From positions 865,878 to 929,877 of the forward strand of contig NW_003314277.1 of the NCBI RefSeq assembly GCF_000143415.4: DNA of 64,000 nt, read 5' to 3'. The notes below the pieces were generated by a model. That model made no database searches, had not been told where the DNA came from, and saw only the letters and a program-made list of their open reading frames with translations. This stretch comes from Selaginella moellendorffii. Taxonomy: Eukaryota > Plantae > Lycopodiophyta. Below, piece after piece: positions 22,702 to 34,921 of the stretch. Each line of letters begins with the position of its first letter. Position 1 is the first letter of the stretch. A program made the translations under genes and the position numbers.

Positions 22702-24171
22702 TGTAAGCGACTAAATTTTCCATTTTACTTTAGTCACTTAACCACACTTCCGACCACTTGGAAGATTTTCACTCACAACTTCCATAAGTCTTATTTTGGA
22801 CTTAAGGACTTGCTAACCCCAAGAATAACATCCATGCCACTCAACCATTGCACTTGGTCCAAGTGCTCCATATGTCCGATCCCATGATCGACACCCCAAA
22901 ATACCACTAACATATCAACCCGTTATGCTAAGGCCATGCCCATTCACATTAGTCACACCGGTGGTCTAACACCACCTACATCACAATCCCGTCTCTCAAA
23001 GACTAGGCCATCCGTCCATGAGTGATCATCCCAGATCCACCCTTTAGCATCCTTAGAATGCCCACAGACATGGGGAATAACCTTCCCCAATATCCCTTTT
23101 TTGGTCCCCACCAAGTCCCTTTCTGTCTATGGCCGTGCTCGTCAACACTGCCACTAGATCAAGGCCCACAGGCCTGACCACTAATCCTATGGTCCTCTGG
23201 GACTTCCTCACCATGTGGTTGTGTTCTTGGTCACCACACTAGAGGGTTATTCCTCTTCCTTTCCACAGTCTGGGACTTTGGGATAGCATTTCGGAACACT
23301 GTGGCTCTACGCGGGCCTCCTGGGTACTCTCCTTGCCTTCCGCCTTTGGGTGCTCTAGCCATGGGCTTAAAGCAAGGTTCTATTAAGCCATGTCTGGTGT
23401 CCAAGTAGGTAGTGCCACCCACACTTGGATTGGGAGCATTGACTATTCGATCTCCCAGGGGAACTAAAATCGGCTCTTGAACACTTCACCAAACTACCCC
23501 ACTTGTCAGTCTGTATTCACTCTAGTTTTGGACTTCCCAGTGGTTATCCCATCACCCAACACTTGGGTACAACCTTCCTAGGATAAACTAATCTTTCCTA
23601 GCCAAATTGGCTCCACTAGAGTCTTCCCCCCTACTATACTTTTGGAGCTCACCAAACCCCCTAGGGTCTGGGAGATGAACGCTTTGGGCTTTCACCCTTT
23701 CAGACTCGGACTCGGACTCGAACTCGGGCTTAGACTTGGTCTCGGTCTCGGTCTTGGTCCCGGTCTCGGTCTCGATCTCGACTTCGGACTTCATCTCGGA
23801 TTCCAATCTCGGATTCCATCTTGGACTCCATATCGGACTCTATCTTGAGTCCATCTCAGACTCCATCTCAGTCCATCTCGGACTCCATCTTGGTCCATCT
23901 CGGACTCTATCTCGGTCCATCTCGGACTCCATCTCGGGTTCATCTCGGACTCCATCTTGGGTCCTCTTGTGTCCCTTTTCTAGAGACTCACTTACTGTTT
24001 GTTTTGTGCTTGTTCCTCGAGCACGTTATTGGGAGTTCCACTTCCACTCTCAACCTTTCAAGTTGGAGCTTTTAGTCCAAACGTGTTATGCTCGTTTGGT
24101 TTTCGCTTCGGCCACTACCACGTGGTGCCATTTCGGCTCCACTTTGGGGCCTAGGGATTTTGTGTCTCACA
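22702..24171. mobile_element. Nested solo LTR (1470 bp) with 5-bp TSD ACTTG
   Basis: TGTAAG...CTCACA termini, with ACTTG at 22697-22701 and 24172-24176. The host RT frame resumes across it (PNKL|VDLLKF...RFL). Confidence 0.88.
23700..23962. repeat. CTCGGA/CTCGGT hexamer array grading into CTCGGACTCCAT 12-mers, inside the solo LTR
   Basis: Seen directly. Confidence 0.9.
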
Positions 24172-26286
24172 ACTTGTGGATCTTCTCAAGTTTCTTACTT
24201 TGAAATGTATGAATAATGTGCATCGCTTTTTAGACAAGGTGTAATATCTCAATCGTTTCATTAATCATCTTTTTAATTGCATTGTATTGTTGCAAACATT
24301 GTTAAAGTTATTAATATCATCTTTTATCTTGTCTATAGACTATGAGGGGGTGTTTATAAATTTCAAAGAGCTATTAACAATTCCTTTAATTTTGGTGTAC
24401 AACTACTCTATGGCAAAAGAGTGTTTAATAGTAGTTTTGGGTTTTGAGAAACTTCATGCATATCTATATAATTTTTGAATATTATTAAAAAATGATCATG
24501 TTGCAATTACTTCATTATTGAAGCAAAATAGCTTAATTAATCATATTGTTCAATATGCTTTGAAGTTTTAGATATATAATTTCGAGGTTGTTCATCACTC
24601 AGAGAGTTTTATAGTTGATACTAATGCCCTTTCTCGAGTTTTTCTCCCTTCTTTGCTCTTTTTTTCTATTCTTGATAAATCTATTATTCTAATATCTATG
24701 GATTTTTTAGTGTCATTGCAATTGCTATACTTGATGTCCAATATCCATAAAGTGCAAAATAAGATTTACCTTCTCTCAAAAAGGTTCGTAAGGCTCAAAA
24801 AGTTGGGTTATGGATCCAAAAGTTTTGTGATGGATTTAAAAATTCTAATGACTTGTTAATGATTTGTCATTTTAGCATTTACATTCTCAATATGATGTTC
24901 TTTATTTTGTAAGAATAAAGTTTGATAATCATTTATAGTTAGTGATGCTTTTAATCTTTATTCCACGCTTTCTCTATGCTATGATTTTTTTATTCTAGAC
25001 GGGCATATGAGACATTATTGTGTGATTGTGAAGCTGCAAAAGTTTTTATATTAATTAAAGATGCAATGTGATATTATCTGGTATGTGTGTAGTTATGTTT
25101 AGTGTTAAGCTTGTTAAACTCCCCCTTATGCTACAAAAGAACAGTTGGAATTAATTACAATTTCCTATCCATTTTAGTTGATAGTGTTTGATTTAGGGGC
25201 CTTTTTTAGGGTTGACTATTGACAATGAATACATCATTATTGTTTATAATTACTTGATTCATTAGATAGAAGTTAGTGCTTTTATTAGTGTGTTTGCAAC
25301 TACTATTGGATACTTTTTCCTCAATTGCTTAGTGTTTCAACATTCTTGTCTAAAAAGGATTCTCTCAAATAATGATTATGCATTTATGGTTGAGGCATTT
25401 TACATTTTAACGTCTTAGTTGGGGATATATCATATTTTCACACATGTTTATCAATATAGAGTTTTATTAGTGCTTCACTATATAAACTCTTATATAATTA
25501 AGATTTGATATTGCTAACGGAGTTGAATTAACTTTTGCAATTATCACAAGTTATTGATGCTAAGTTTTAGGATCAATATTTGATGAGTATTTTTCCACTT
25601 GTCCAAGCCCAAATCTGCTAAACATTTAATCTATATACAAATGAGATAACAATGGTATTATAATTTTTATCATCATTCATTTGCGGAGTACAAAATGAAT
25701 AACTTTATGTTAATCTATTTCCCCAATTTTATAGTATATGGTTTGTTTAAGAAACTCCTTGCTCAATAGAAGGGACAATATCAAATATTGCAATAAATTG
25801 GACTGGAAGTTTATAAAGTTTGGCATAGGTCAATCCTATAAAAATTATGTATGTGCAAGTATAAATTGATGCCACCTACAGATCCACTAATGCCTTTTCT
25901 TAATGTCCCTTCAAATTCTAGCCTATCAACTAAAAAACTTTGATTGCCTTCAATTCTTTTGAGAGGAAAGAATGATGTGAAGTCCAAATATATGATTATA
26001 ATATTATATACTAATATTAATAACCATACACTAAATATAAGCTAGGGTTTTTGGATATGGAAATTTAGATATTCCATTTCTACAAATATATATTTTTATT
26101 ATAATTAATATTTAATTTTACTTGGGTTCTAACTACAAATAATTATTATCTTTCCCATAAAATGCTTGAATATTCTTAAATATTGGTGGTTATTGATTTA
26201 TAATTGAAAAATGAATTATTTTTAGAATTGCCAGTGCATTCAACTCATAAGATTGAAAATATTGAGAAATGGCACTGGTTCTGATG

Positions 26287-27503
26287 TCATATCACAGCAT
26301 CTGAGAAAGTGAGTTGCTTTATCTTGCTGCTGTTCTTGGACTTTGAGGAAACTTTAGGCGTGGGCGGGAGCTCCACGTAATCCTTGGTGAGGTCGATTTC
26401 CTCCAGGAAATCCTGGACCATGGACAGTGTGTCGGCCTCGGAGGACGAGGCCGACGCTGTAGACGGCGGCGAAATCCTGTAGTTGTTTAGCTTCTGGCAG
26501 TAGTCGAAGAGGAAGCTGCTCTTTGGGGAATTGCTGTCGATGTTCTCGTTCTCGTTCTCGCTGTGCTCATCGATGATCTCGTCGGGTTGATTGTTAGCTG
26601 GAAGTCCTGGGCAAGACGTAGAAAAGAAGTAGAATGTGGGAAGCGAGCCACAGAGAGACTAGTAGAGTTTATGCATTACGTGCTTACTTGTTCATGGCAG
26701 GGCTGAGTTCTCAGCACCTGGAAAACGAAAGTTTTGTTGATCCGGCTTCAAAAATCCATTGATCGTATTGGCATCCACCTGGAGAAAAAGAAAGCTAAAG
26801 ATATTTAGAACGAAGAACCAAACCATACGAAAGAAAAGAATCACAGCATCGATGGATCAACCTCGGCAAGAGTTTTGACGATCGTTTGGCACTTCTCGAT
26901 CTTGGTCTCGGTCTCCTCCTTGCCACCGAAGAGAATGTCCCCCACCGCAGCCACGGCCGCGACGACTTTCATGGCCTGGACGTCATCCTCGGCGCTCTTG
27001 ACGATCGCTTCCAGCGCCGCCGCCGCGGCCTTGGGCAGAATATCATCCACACCCTGGCCGCAGCAATCCTTCCCTGTCACGTCCAGCGCTGCCAGATCCG
27101 GGGACTTCGACGGCGACACAATCGTCTCGGAACTCCCATCCTCCTCCAGATCGCCGTGATGATCCTCTTTCTCCCTCTCGGCTTTCAGCATTCCCTGATT
27201 CCCCTCATCCTCCTCCTCCTCCTCGTCGCTCTGGCCCCGCGCTTCCTCCTCCTCTTCCTGCCGCGGCGGGCTAGATTGCCGCTCCGGGGAGCACGTCCTG
27301 ACGATCAAGCTCACCGCCTTGGAAGCCCTAGCCGCGGCGGACGAATCGTCCCCGGGGTCGCAGTCGAAATCGTCGCCGCCATTACCGCGGAGATCCGAGC
27401 ACTCGCCGTCCACTGCCGCAATCGCGCCCTTCTTCCTGTCACCGATCGGGGATGGATCTATGGCGGCGGACTGCGCGCTTTCTTTCGATGCTCCACAGCC
27501 CAT
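26287..27503 (-). CDS. Unknown acidic, probably disordered protein with N-terminal MGCGAS acylation motif; probably 3 exons
   Basis: Long exon 1 ORF; candidate exon 2 at about 26779-26719; open last exon at about 26627-26287 (LPANNQPDEII...LTFSDAVI*). Confidence 0.65.
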
Positions 27504-27681
27504 TTCTTCCCCCTCATTTGTGTTCTAGGGTTTTTGCAAAGCAACCGTCTTTAAGATGAAAAGCCATCAAACGAATATACCTTCGGCCGCTTTCTGGGTA
27601 TATTCCGCTAAACTATAAGGGCAAAATGATAGCAGAATCTTCCACAGATGAAAGGGAATCTAGGGTTCTTCGGGCTCTTCG

Positions 27682-30057
27682 ATGCGATGGAAGAGGACGG
27701 TGCAAGAGATCGCGAGCCTGCTCCAGAGCGGGCGCCCCTGGCCGCAGCTGGAGTCTGATCTCGTCCCCTACGCCTGCTACGAGACGACGCCATCGAACGT
27801 CGTCGGGAGCGTCGTGCGGCGGCTCCGCGATCCCGATGTGGCGCTCGCATTCTTCCGTTGGGCCGCCGATACGATCCCCAGGTTCTTCCACACCAGATTC
27901 TCCTCCGGCTGCCTCATCTATCTCCTCACGCGATCGGGTAGGGCTCGAGAGGCGCGCCAGATTCTCGAGTCGTGCCCCAGCGATGCATTCTCCCACAACA
28001 TGGTCATCTCTTGCTACTGCAAGGCCGGGGATCTCGTCGCGGCGCTGGAAATCGTGGCAAGAATGGTGGATTCCTCGTTCCAGCCCGACGAGTACTCCCA
28101 TCTCCCGATAATCTCCGCGCTGTGCAAGGCCGGGGACGTAAGCGCCGCGGTGGGATACTTTCGACTGTGGGACTCGCCGCTCATCGCCGCGATCTACACA
28201 GTGCTCGTCTCCTCCAAGTGCAAGCATGGCATGGCCGACGATGGCTACGAGCTTGCCATGGAGATGATCGCTCGGGGCTGCTCGCTCGACTTTGACACCT
28301 CCAATGCCGTCGTCCAGGCGCTCTGTGAGGCCGGAAGATCCGGCACTGCGCAAGAGTTTGTGAGGCTGCTGGCCCGGCGATCCGGCTGCGCTGCTCCGGC
28401 TCTCTCGATCTTTAGCTCCTCGCTGGTGAAGTGCTACTCGCGGCAGGAGAGGTTTGCCGACGCTCGAAAGTGGCTGAGGGTGATGAGAGTCGAGGGTGTC
28501 CAGCCGACGGTGGTCATGTACACGGTGCTTGTGGACGCTCTTTGTCGAGCTGGGCGATCGAGCGAAGCCAGCGACGTTGTCGACGAGATGGATCGAACAG
28601 GTTGCCCGCCAAACTCTGTGACTTTCAACGCGCTTGTTAACGGGTTTTCTAAGCAGGGAAGGCCGGGTGACTGCGAGAGGCTTCTGGAAACGATGGCTGC
28701 CAGGGGGATCCAGCCTAACGTTGTGAGCTACAACGGTTTGCTCGAGGGACTTTGCAAGCTAGAAAGGTGGCACGAAGCCGAAGAGCTAGTCCGAGATATG
28801 ATCTCCAGGGGCGGGAGGAGTACTCCGGATCTGGTAACGTATAGCACTCTTCTATCCGGGTACTGTAAGGCAGGGAAGGTGGAAGAAAGCCGGGAACTCC
28901 TCAAGGAGGTGATCTCGAGAGGCCTCCGGCCGGATGCCTTGATGTACACTAAGGTTATGGCGTCGCTGTGCAAGTCCGCGAGGCTTGGAGAGGCGCTGGA
29001 GCTACTAGAGGAGATGATCCGCGCAGGTTGCTGTCCGACTCTCATTACTTTCAACACACTGATCAGCGGTTGCTGCAGGGAAAAGAACCTGGAGATGGCT
29101 GATTCTCTGCTCCAAACGATGGCCGCGAGCGGTGTTAAGGCCGATGTTGTGACTTACAACACGCTCATGGACGGGCTATGCAAAGCCGGGAGGTTCTCCG
29201 AGGCTCAGGAGCTACTGCACACGATGAGCAAGACGGCGAATCTCTTCACGTACACGTCCGTCATCCATGGCTTCTCCAAGTTCGGAAGGCTTCAAGAGGC
29301 CGAGCAGCTGCTCGAGCGCATGAAGGCCTCGGGCTGTGCTCCGGACGTGGTTGCCTACAGCAGTTTTGTTTACGGCCTTTGCAAGTCCGGCAAGGTCCTG
29401 AACGCTCATCAGGTTCTAGAGCAGATGCGAGACAGCGACCACGACCCCAACGTAGTGACTTACAACACCATCCTCGACGGGCTGTGCAAGTCTGGGAAGA
29501 TCGACACTGCGCTGGAGATGATGGAACAGATGGCTTCCAGCGACGGGTGTGGGCTCAACGTAGTGGGATACAGCACGGTGGTGGACGGGCTTTGCAAGCT
29601 GGGAAGAACGCAGGAGGCCAGGAGCGTGATGGAAGCCATGGCTAGAGCAGGGTGCCGCCCCGACGTGGTGACTTACAGCAGCCTGGTGAACGGGCTGTGC
29701 AAGGCGGGGAAGATCGAGGAGGCCGTGGAGGCTGTCCGGGAGATGGCGATGGAGGGATGCAAGCCAAACGCGGTGACTTACTGCTCGCTGGTTCACGGGC
29801 TTTGTAGCTGCGGGCGGCTCGCCGAGGCCGAGAGGATGGTGGAGGAGATGAGCAGCGGCGGCGGCGGTGGAGATCACTGTCCGCCGAGCGTCTCGACTTA
29901 CAACGCGCTCATCGGTGGGCTGTGCAAGGCGGGGCGCATCGATGATGCTCTCAAGTTCTTCCAGAGGATGAGGAGCCAAGGCTGTGATCCGGATGGCGTG
30001 AGCTACAGCACCATCGTGGAGGGTCTCGCGAGATCAGGGAGAGCGCTCCAAGCTTGA
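27682..30057 (+). CDS. P-class PPR protein, intronless
   Basis: Many 35-aa repeats of the type PDVVTYNTLIDGLCKAGR. Confidence 0.92.
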   Translation: MRWKRTVQEIASLLQSGRPWPQLESDLVPYACYETTPSNVVGSVVRRLRDPDVALAFFRWAADTIPRFFHTRFSSGCLIYLLTRSGRAREARQILESCPSDAFSHNMVISCYCKAGDLVAALEIVARMVDSSFQPDEYSHLPIISALCKAGDVSAAVGYFRLWDSPLIAAIYTVLVSSKCKHGMADDGYELAMEMIARGCSLDFDTSNAVVQALCEAGRSGTAQEFVRLLARRSGCAAPALSIFSSSLVKCYSRQERFADARKWLRVMRVEGVQPTVVMYTVLVDALCRAGRSSEASDVVDEMDRTGCPPNSVTFNALVNGFSKQGRPGDCERLLETMAARGIQPNVVSYNGLLEGLCKLERWHEAEELVRDMISRGGRSTPDLVTYSTLLSGYCKAGKVEESRELLKEVISRGLRPDALMYTKVMASLCKSARLGEALELLEEMIRAGCCPTLITFNTLISGCCREKNLEMADSLLQTMAASGVKADVVTYNTLMDGLCKAGRFSEAQELLHTMSKTANLFTYTSVIHGFSKFGRLQEAEQLLERMKASGCAPDVVAYSSFVYGLCKSGKVLNAHQVLEQMRDSDHDPNVVTYNTILDGLCKSGKIDTALEMMEQMASSDGCGLNVVGYSTVVDGLCKLGRTQEARSVMEAMARAGCRPDVVTYSSLVNGLCKAGKIEEAVEAVREMAMEGCKPNAVTYCSLVHGLCSCGRLAEAERMVEEMSSGGGGGDHCPPSVSTYNALIGGLCKAGRIDDALKFFQRMRSQGCDPDGVSYSTIVEGLARSGRALQA

Positions 30058-30161
30058 GCGAGGTGCGATAGAGAACTCACATTTTAAAAACCCAACCTTT
30101 AGAAGATTTTCAATGAATTCTCTGATATTTAGGGCTTCAACCTTTTAAAGATCTTAAAATT

Positions 30162-30234
30162 CGCGCCAGACAGGGATCGAACCTGCGACTTTCTGCTCCG
30201 GAAACAGACGCTCTGTCCACTGAGCTACAAGCGC
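30162..30234 (-). tRNA. tRNA-Arg(CCG)
   Basis: Reverse complement is GCGCTTGTAGCTCAGTGGACAGAGCGTCTGTTTCCGGAGCAGAAAGTCGCAGGTTCGATCCCTGTCTGGCGCG. Loop TTCCGGA, with a TTTT terminator right after. Confidence 0.9.
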
Positions 30235-30742
30235 TTTACATTTAATCACGATCTAAACAACGAAGTTAGGGCTTTTGCCAATAGTAAGGGATTGACACGT
30301 GTCAATAGTGCCGTTGACTGTGCCGGCTCTGGAGAATATTCCGGGGCTATCACCAAGCGCGAAAAGGACGTTGCTGCGTTTTTGCCCACAAGTTTTGAAA
30401 AACTTCTCCCATTCTTCCAATCTACTACAGTGGAGTAAGGTGGGGCGAGAATAAAAGAAGAAAGAAAATGTGGCGGTCTCCCACTTCTACTTGTTCGTCT
30501 ACGACGGTGGAATCCCCGGCTGCGGCAGCGCCTGGATCGCGATTAAAAAATTGGGCTCTCGCCGGAGCTTGGCAGATCGTGAACAAGTCGCGCCCATCTC
30601 CTCATCCACGATTAGCAGTTTCCATAACCCTCTTTGCTACTACTACTTGAGAGAGAGAGAGAGAGAGTGAGAGGAGAGTGGAAGAGATCTTGCAATCTAT
30701 CGATCGATCGAGTTTCTCTCTGGAAGCTAGAATTGGGCGGCG

Positions 30743-32058
30743 ATGGACAAGGCGGAGCTCTTCAATCGGCAGATGTGGGAGGTTTTTGGCGAGCGTGGGC
30801 GGTTGGCGGAGCCGCTGCTGTGGCTGGCGTCCATAGCTGTGGGGATCGTCTTTTGCAAATCTGTAAGCTTTTTCTTCTTGTTTTCTCTGTTTGTTCCTTT
30901 CATCGTGGTGACGAGCAGAGCTTCAAAAATGTAAGAACTTGGATAGGTGTACGACAACATGGAATCCAGCTTCTCGCAGATCAAGGTGTACCGAGCCCTC
31001 GCGAGGCGGCAGCAAATCGAGTGGAGCAACAGGTTTGTTCGTGATCGCCACTTACATTCAAGTTTTGATCCCGAGTTCTTGGTTCACCAATTTTGTCACC
31101 AACTTTTTTAGAGGATTTTCAACCGCGCACGCGATTGTTGTGTCCACCATCGCCGCTTACCTTCTTGTGTACAGCGATTTCTTCTCCGACGCTGCCCCGT
31201 ACGGGCCCGTGGTCTTCCGTAGCACCATCTTCTCTCAGGCTGTTCTTGGTGTAAGTTGGATCAAAGGCTTCCATAACTTTGCGCGAGCGTTTGAAACTCC
31301 TCGATCTTGCAATGCAGTTCTCGATCGGCTACTTCATCGCGGATCTCTCGATGATAATTTGGTGCTATCCGGATCTTGGAGGATGGGTTTACGTAAGCTT
31401 CTTTTCTTCCAAATCTTTCCAGCGTTTCAATATTTTATCTTTGTTTGTGTCCATATAAACACAGATACTCCATCACGGCCTTTCTATCGCCTCGCTAGCT
31501 CTGGCTCTTCACAGTGGGTACGCGCACATCTATCTTTACTTGGTCCTCTTCTCGGAATTCACTACTCCGTTCGTCAACTTGAGATGGTAAGCGATCACCT
31601 CGATCGATCGATCCTCCTCCCACCCATCACATCGCGAATCAAACTTTGTGTTTTATCGCAATGGTTGCAAAAGGTACTTGAGCACTGCTGGCCAAAGTGG
31701 ATCAAACGCCTACCTCCTCAATGGGATCTTACTTTTCCTGACATGGCTGGTACACTACTACGATCATCCTCCACCACCAAAGATCTTGACTCCTTTTGCG
31801 ATTTTCTCTTTGTGTTGTTCTAGATCTTTCGAGTGCTGCTCTTTGTCTACTTCTTCACTCATATTTACCTCCATTTTGATCAGGTAAGCGTTTTGGTAAT
31901 TGTTGTTTTACTCGTTATCTTGACAGGTGAGACAAATGCACGATGCTGGATTTTATTTCTTGTTTATCGCGCCGCCTCTGCTGGCGTTGATGAACCTGGT
32001 ATGGTTTCGAAAGATTTCACTGGGTGTTGTCAAGGCTTTCAAGAAGAAACAAAAGTAA
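30743..32058 (+). CDS. TLC (TRAM/LAG1/CLN8) domain membrane protein, TMEM56-like, multi-exon
   Basis: EWSNRGFSTAHA, GYFIADL, ILHHGLS, SEFTTPFVNLRWYL, MNLVWFRKI; C-terminal KKQK ER-retrieval motif. Confidence 0.9.
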
Positions 32059-34921
32059 ATATGATAGTGTGAACAGCCCTTTGAATTAACCTAGCAGTGT
32101 CCATTTGAATCATTGTTCTTTTGGGGCATTTGTAAGACTATGATTGAATAGGGACAAAAGTCATCCAAAATGTGATTTGTAATCAGGCTAAACACCTTGG
32201 GAAATAATGATTAGTTCTTTTTAAAGCTGCTTTTGACTAGTTTTATAAGAACTTTGACTGCATCGAAGCCAGAGCTGCATTTTTCTTTTTTGCCTTTCTT
32301 GTTAAAATCCAGAAAAATCAGGAGAAACAGAGGTTTGAAAAGAAGGCAAAAACCTGCTCTGTTTCAAAGCCTTAAAGTTTTGATCTCTCCACCTCCAGCA
32401 GCAGCAGAAGCACCAATCCATCCATCTATCCATCCACTCAGAGTCTCCAGGAGCCTTTAAAGTTGCAACAGACATGAGCCCTTTTTTTTGGAAGTGGCTG
32501 CTTCTGGTACCCCACCAGCAAACAGGTTAAACACTTTGCCTCCTCCATTGCTCAAGAAGAAGCACATTTGTACCTTTCCCCTTTGGGAAATTGGTCTGGC
32601 TCATCAGAACATCAACCTCAGACATTACCATATCTGTCCATGTACCAGCACCATTTTAATGCTTAGAATACTATTATTTGATTCCCAAAAGGTAATCCAA
32701 TTGTTTTGGACCATGTTTCTTTCAGTAAAAAAATACGAACATATTTGCCATACTATGGCAAAATCCAGCTCATGTACAAAACCCCACTGAGATCCTACAT
32801 TCTGGACAAAAATGTAGAGTGGGATTTGTTTGTAAGTTTTCAAGTTGGGGGTGTGCAGTAGCGGCCTGCCTCCAGTACACCCCACCCCATAAGACATTAA
32901 ACCGGCAGCGTACCCGGTACTATCTAAGACAGCTTTTGACTGGTAGAGGTAGAGAGAATGATGCCAATGGTATCATAGGGAATCGAATCTCGTAGATCTG
33001 CTGCTTAAGATTCTTCTTACCTAGCAGGCTAAAGCCTGGCCGCCCGTCAGTCAAGATGACAGAGATCCGTGCGGACTGTCACCGTTAGGGAGACAGAAGC
33101 ATATGCCGGCAAGATGCTCGGTTCAAACAGGCTGACCCCGGCATATTCTCGCAAACGCTTGGATTTAGAATATAGAGGCTGCCATTTCCTGAATGATTGA
33201 GGGATCCGCTACATGATTGGAATGACCTCACTCAATGATCGATGGGCTCTCTTTGTATTGTCTTGACTTAGTATTTTGTAATGTATTTTCTCTAGTCCGA
33301 TATTTTGAATTCTATTTTCTCGCCCTCTTTCCAACAATAAAGAAAAGAGCCCATGAAATTCTGCTGCCGACGATATAAATGTCTCGCTGGAAACTGGAAA
33401 CGCTTAGATAACACTCCAAGCAAAACTATGAAGTTTCCAAGAAAAATAGAAGAGCGTTTTGTTTGGTTTTCCAATGCCGTCCGACGTGGCGGTGACGAAA
33501 CACTGACGTGGCCGGTGACGTCGTGGTGTCCGTACGCAGTGGCGGGAGCGTTTCTGTGGGCCATGGCGCTTCTCCAGTGGCGTGGCCAGGGCCGCCGTAC
33601 CCGGCCGGCGTCTATGCCACTCAATCAACAAAAAAATGTGCTGTGAAACGGGCGGGCTGGTCTACATTTTTAATCGTATTTTCTCTGATTTTTTATACAA
33701 ATTCCATGACACTGCCTGATGTTGAGACCCTTTGAAAAGCATCACACTTGAGCTAATTGCCAGATACGAAATTTCAGCATACAAGAAGTATACATATACC
33801 TGAGTTTATGGATCGTGCAATTCGATCGGACCTACAATGATGATCCACCCGTTGTTGGAAGATATCTTTCTCATCAAGAACGAGCGAGAAAAATTGCCCC
33901 ACATATTTGGAAACATTCAAACTTCAACTCTCTCCGGGTTCCAGTGTTCCTTTTTTTTTACGTGATTTTGGTCGGTCCGTCGAGGCACGATCTTATAGAC
34001 CGTACACACAAATATTATCTTGGAAAATTTGCAAATTTTTCTGGCGAGTTCGCTGGATTTGTTTAATATTTTTTGCGCTTTTTTTTTATAAGTTTTTTAG
34101 CGCGCACCGATTGATGCAAAGGAAGATATAATGCGTCTGACAGACCCACGGACCCTGAAGGCCGGGACCTGACAATGTGGACGCGTGGCGCCACCGCAGT
34201 GGCGGGAAGCGGCCGTTGACATGTGAGCACGAGTACATGGCCGAATCTCCACCGTCGGTTGCCTCGACGCTCCTAGATGTAGTTATCAGTGTGAGTTGTT
34301 CACACTCGCTCGCTCGCTTTTCTGTGTTGGCTCGATTTGGTTTCTACTTTTTTCGGTCGCGAGGAAGACGAAGAAGAAAAGAAATAACCCCTGAGGCGCG
34401 GCGGCGGTGTTTCTCCTCCTCAATCGATCGATCGATCGACCGAGCGAGTGAGAGTTTTGTTCTTCTTTCTCGCGAGAGTTGTTCTTCGTCCTCTATCTTT
34501 TGTCTTTGTGACGAGCGATCTTCGGTTCGTTTTGTTAGCTACTGGCGAGCGACTGAAGCGTTCTGGTCGAGGCGCTGCTAGCTTCGTTGGTTCCGTCCGC
34601 GAATCTGGGATAGAGAAGCTCCAAAAAGATGATAAGCCGGCTTCGTGAGGCGCTCCAAAGGATGGCCTTTGTTTGTTTGCATGCACAAGCGCTCATCTTG
34701 TTCCGGCTCTAAACGCTTCAATGCCGTGCCATCTGTAGGAGCGGGAGCCAAGCGTGAGAGCTTTGCCGCTTGTCCGTACCTAGGGGCGCATCGCATCGCC
34801 TGTGCAGTCGAGAACGCAATTGTCTTTGGCTACTCGGGATTTATATTATCCTCCTCTCCTCCAATCTTCTCCTTGCTCGCTCCTGCGTTCCCTGCAAGCA
34901 AAGCAAAAGAGTTACTCCACC

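Larger units (their letters stand above)
21111..26082 (+). mobile_element. Old degenerate Ty3/gypsy LTR retrotransposon
   Basis: Diverged LTR starts TGTAAGGTCCAAATATA (21111) and TGTGAAGTCCAAATATA (25976). PBS at 21274, purine tract at about 25960-25975. RT traces (FTKLD..GY, PFGLTNA.AT, IDDVLI) and integrase-like traces. The right end is approximate. Confidence 0.8.

Noticed and set aside
23700-23962. Regular repeat array as a CRISPR-like locus or a coding repeat (GLGL/ETET ORFs)
   Set aside because: There are no unique spacers. It is a minisatellite inside a solo LTR, and the ORFs are by-products of the repeat.
33101-33240. miRNA precursor or snoRNA
   Set aside because: The stems are only about 9 bp, with no recognisable mature miRNA or complete C/D boxes.
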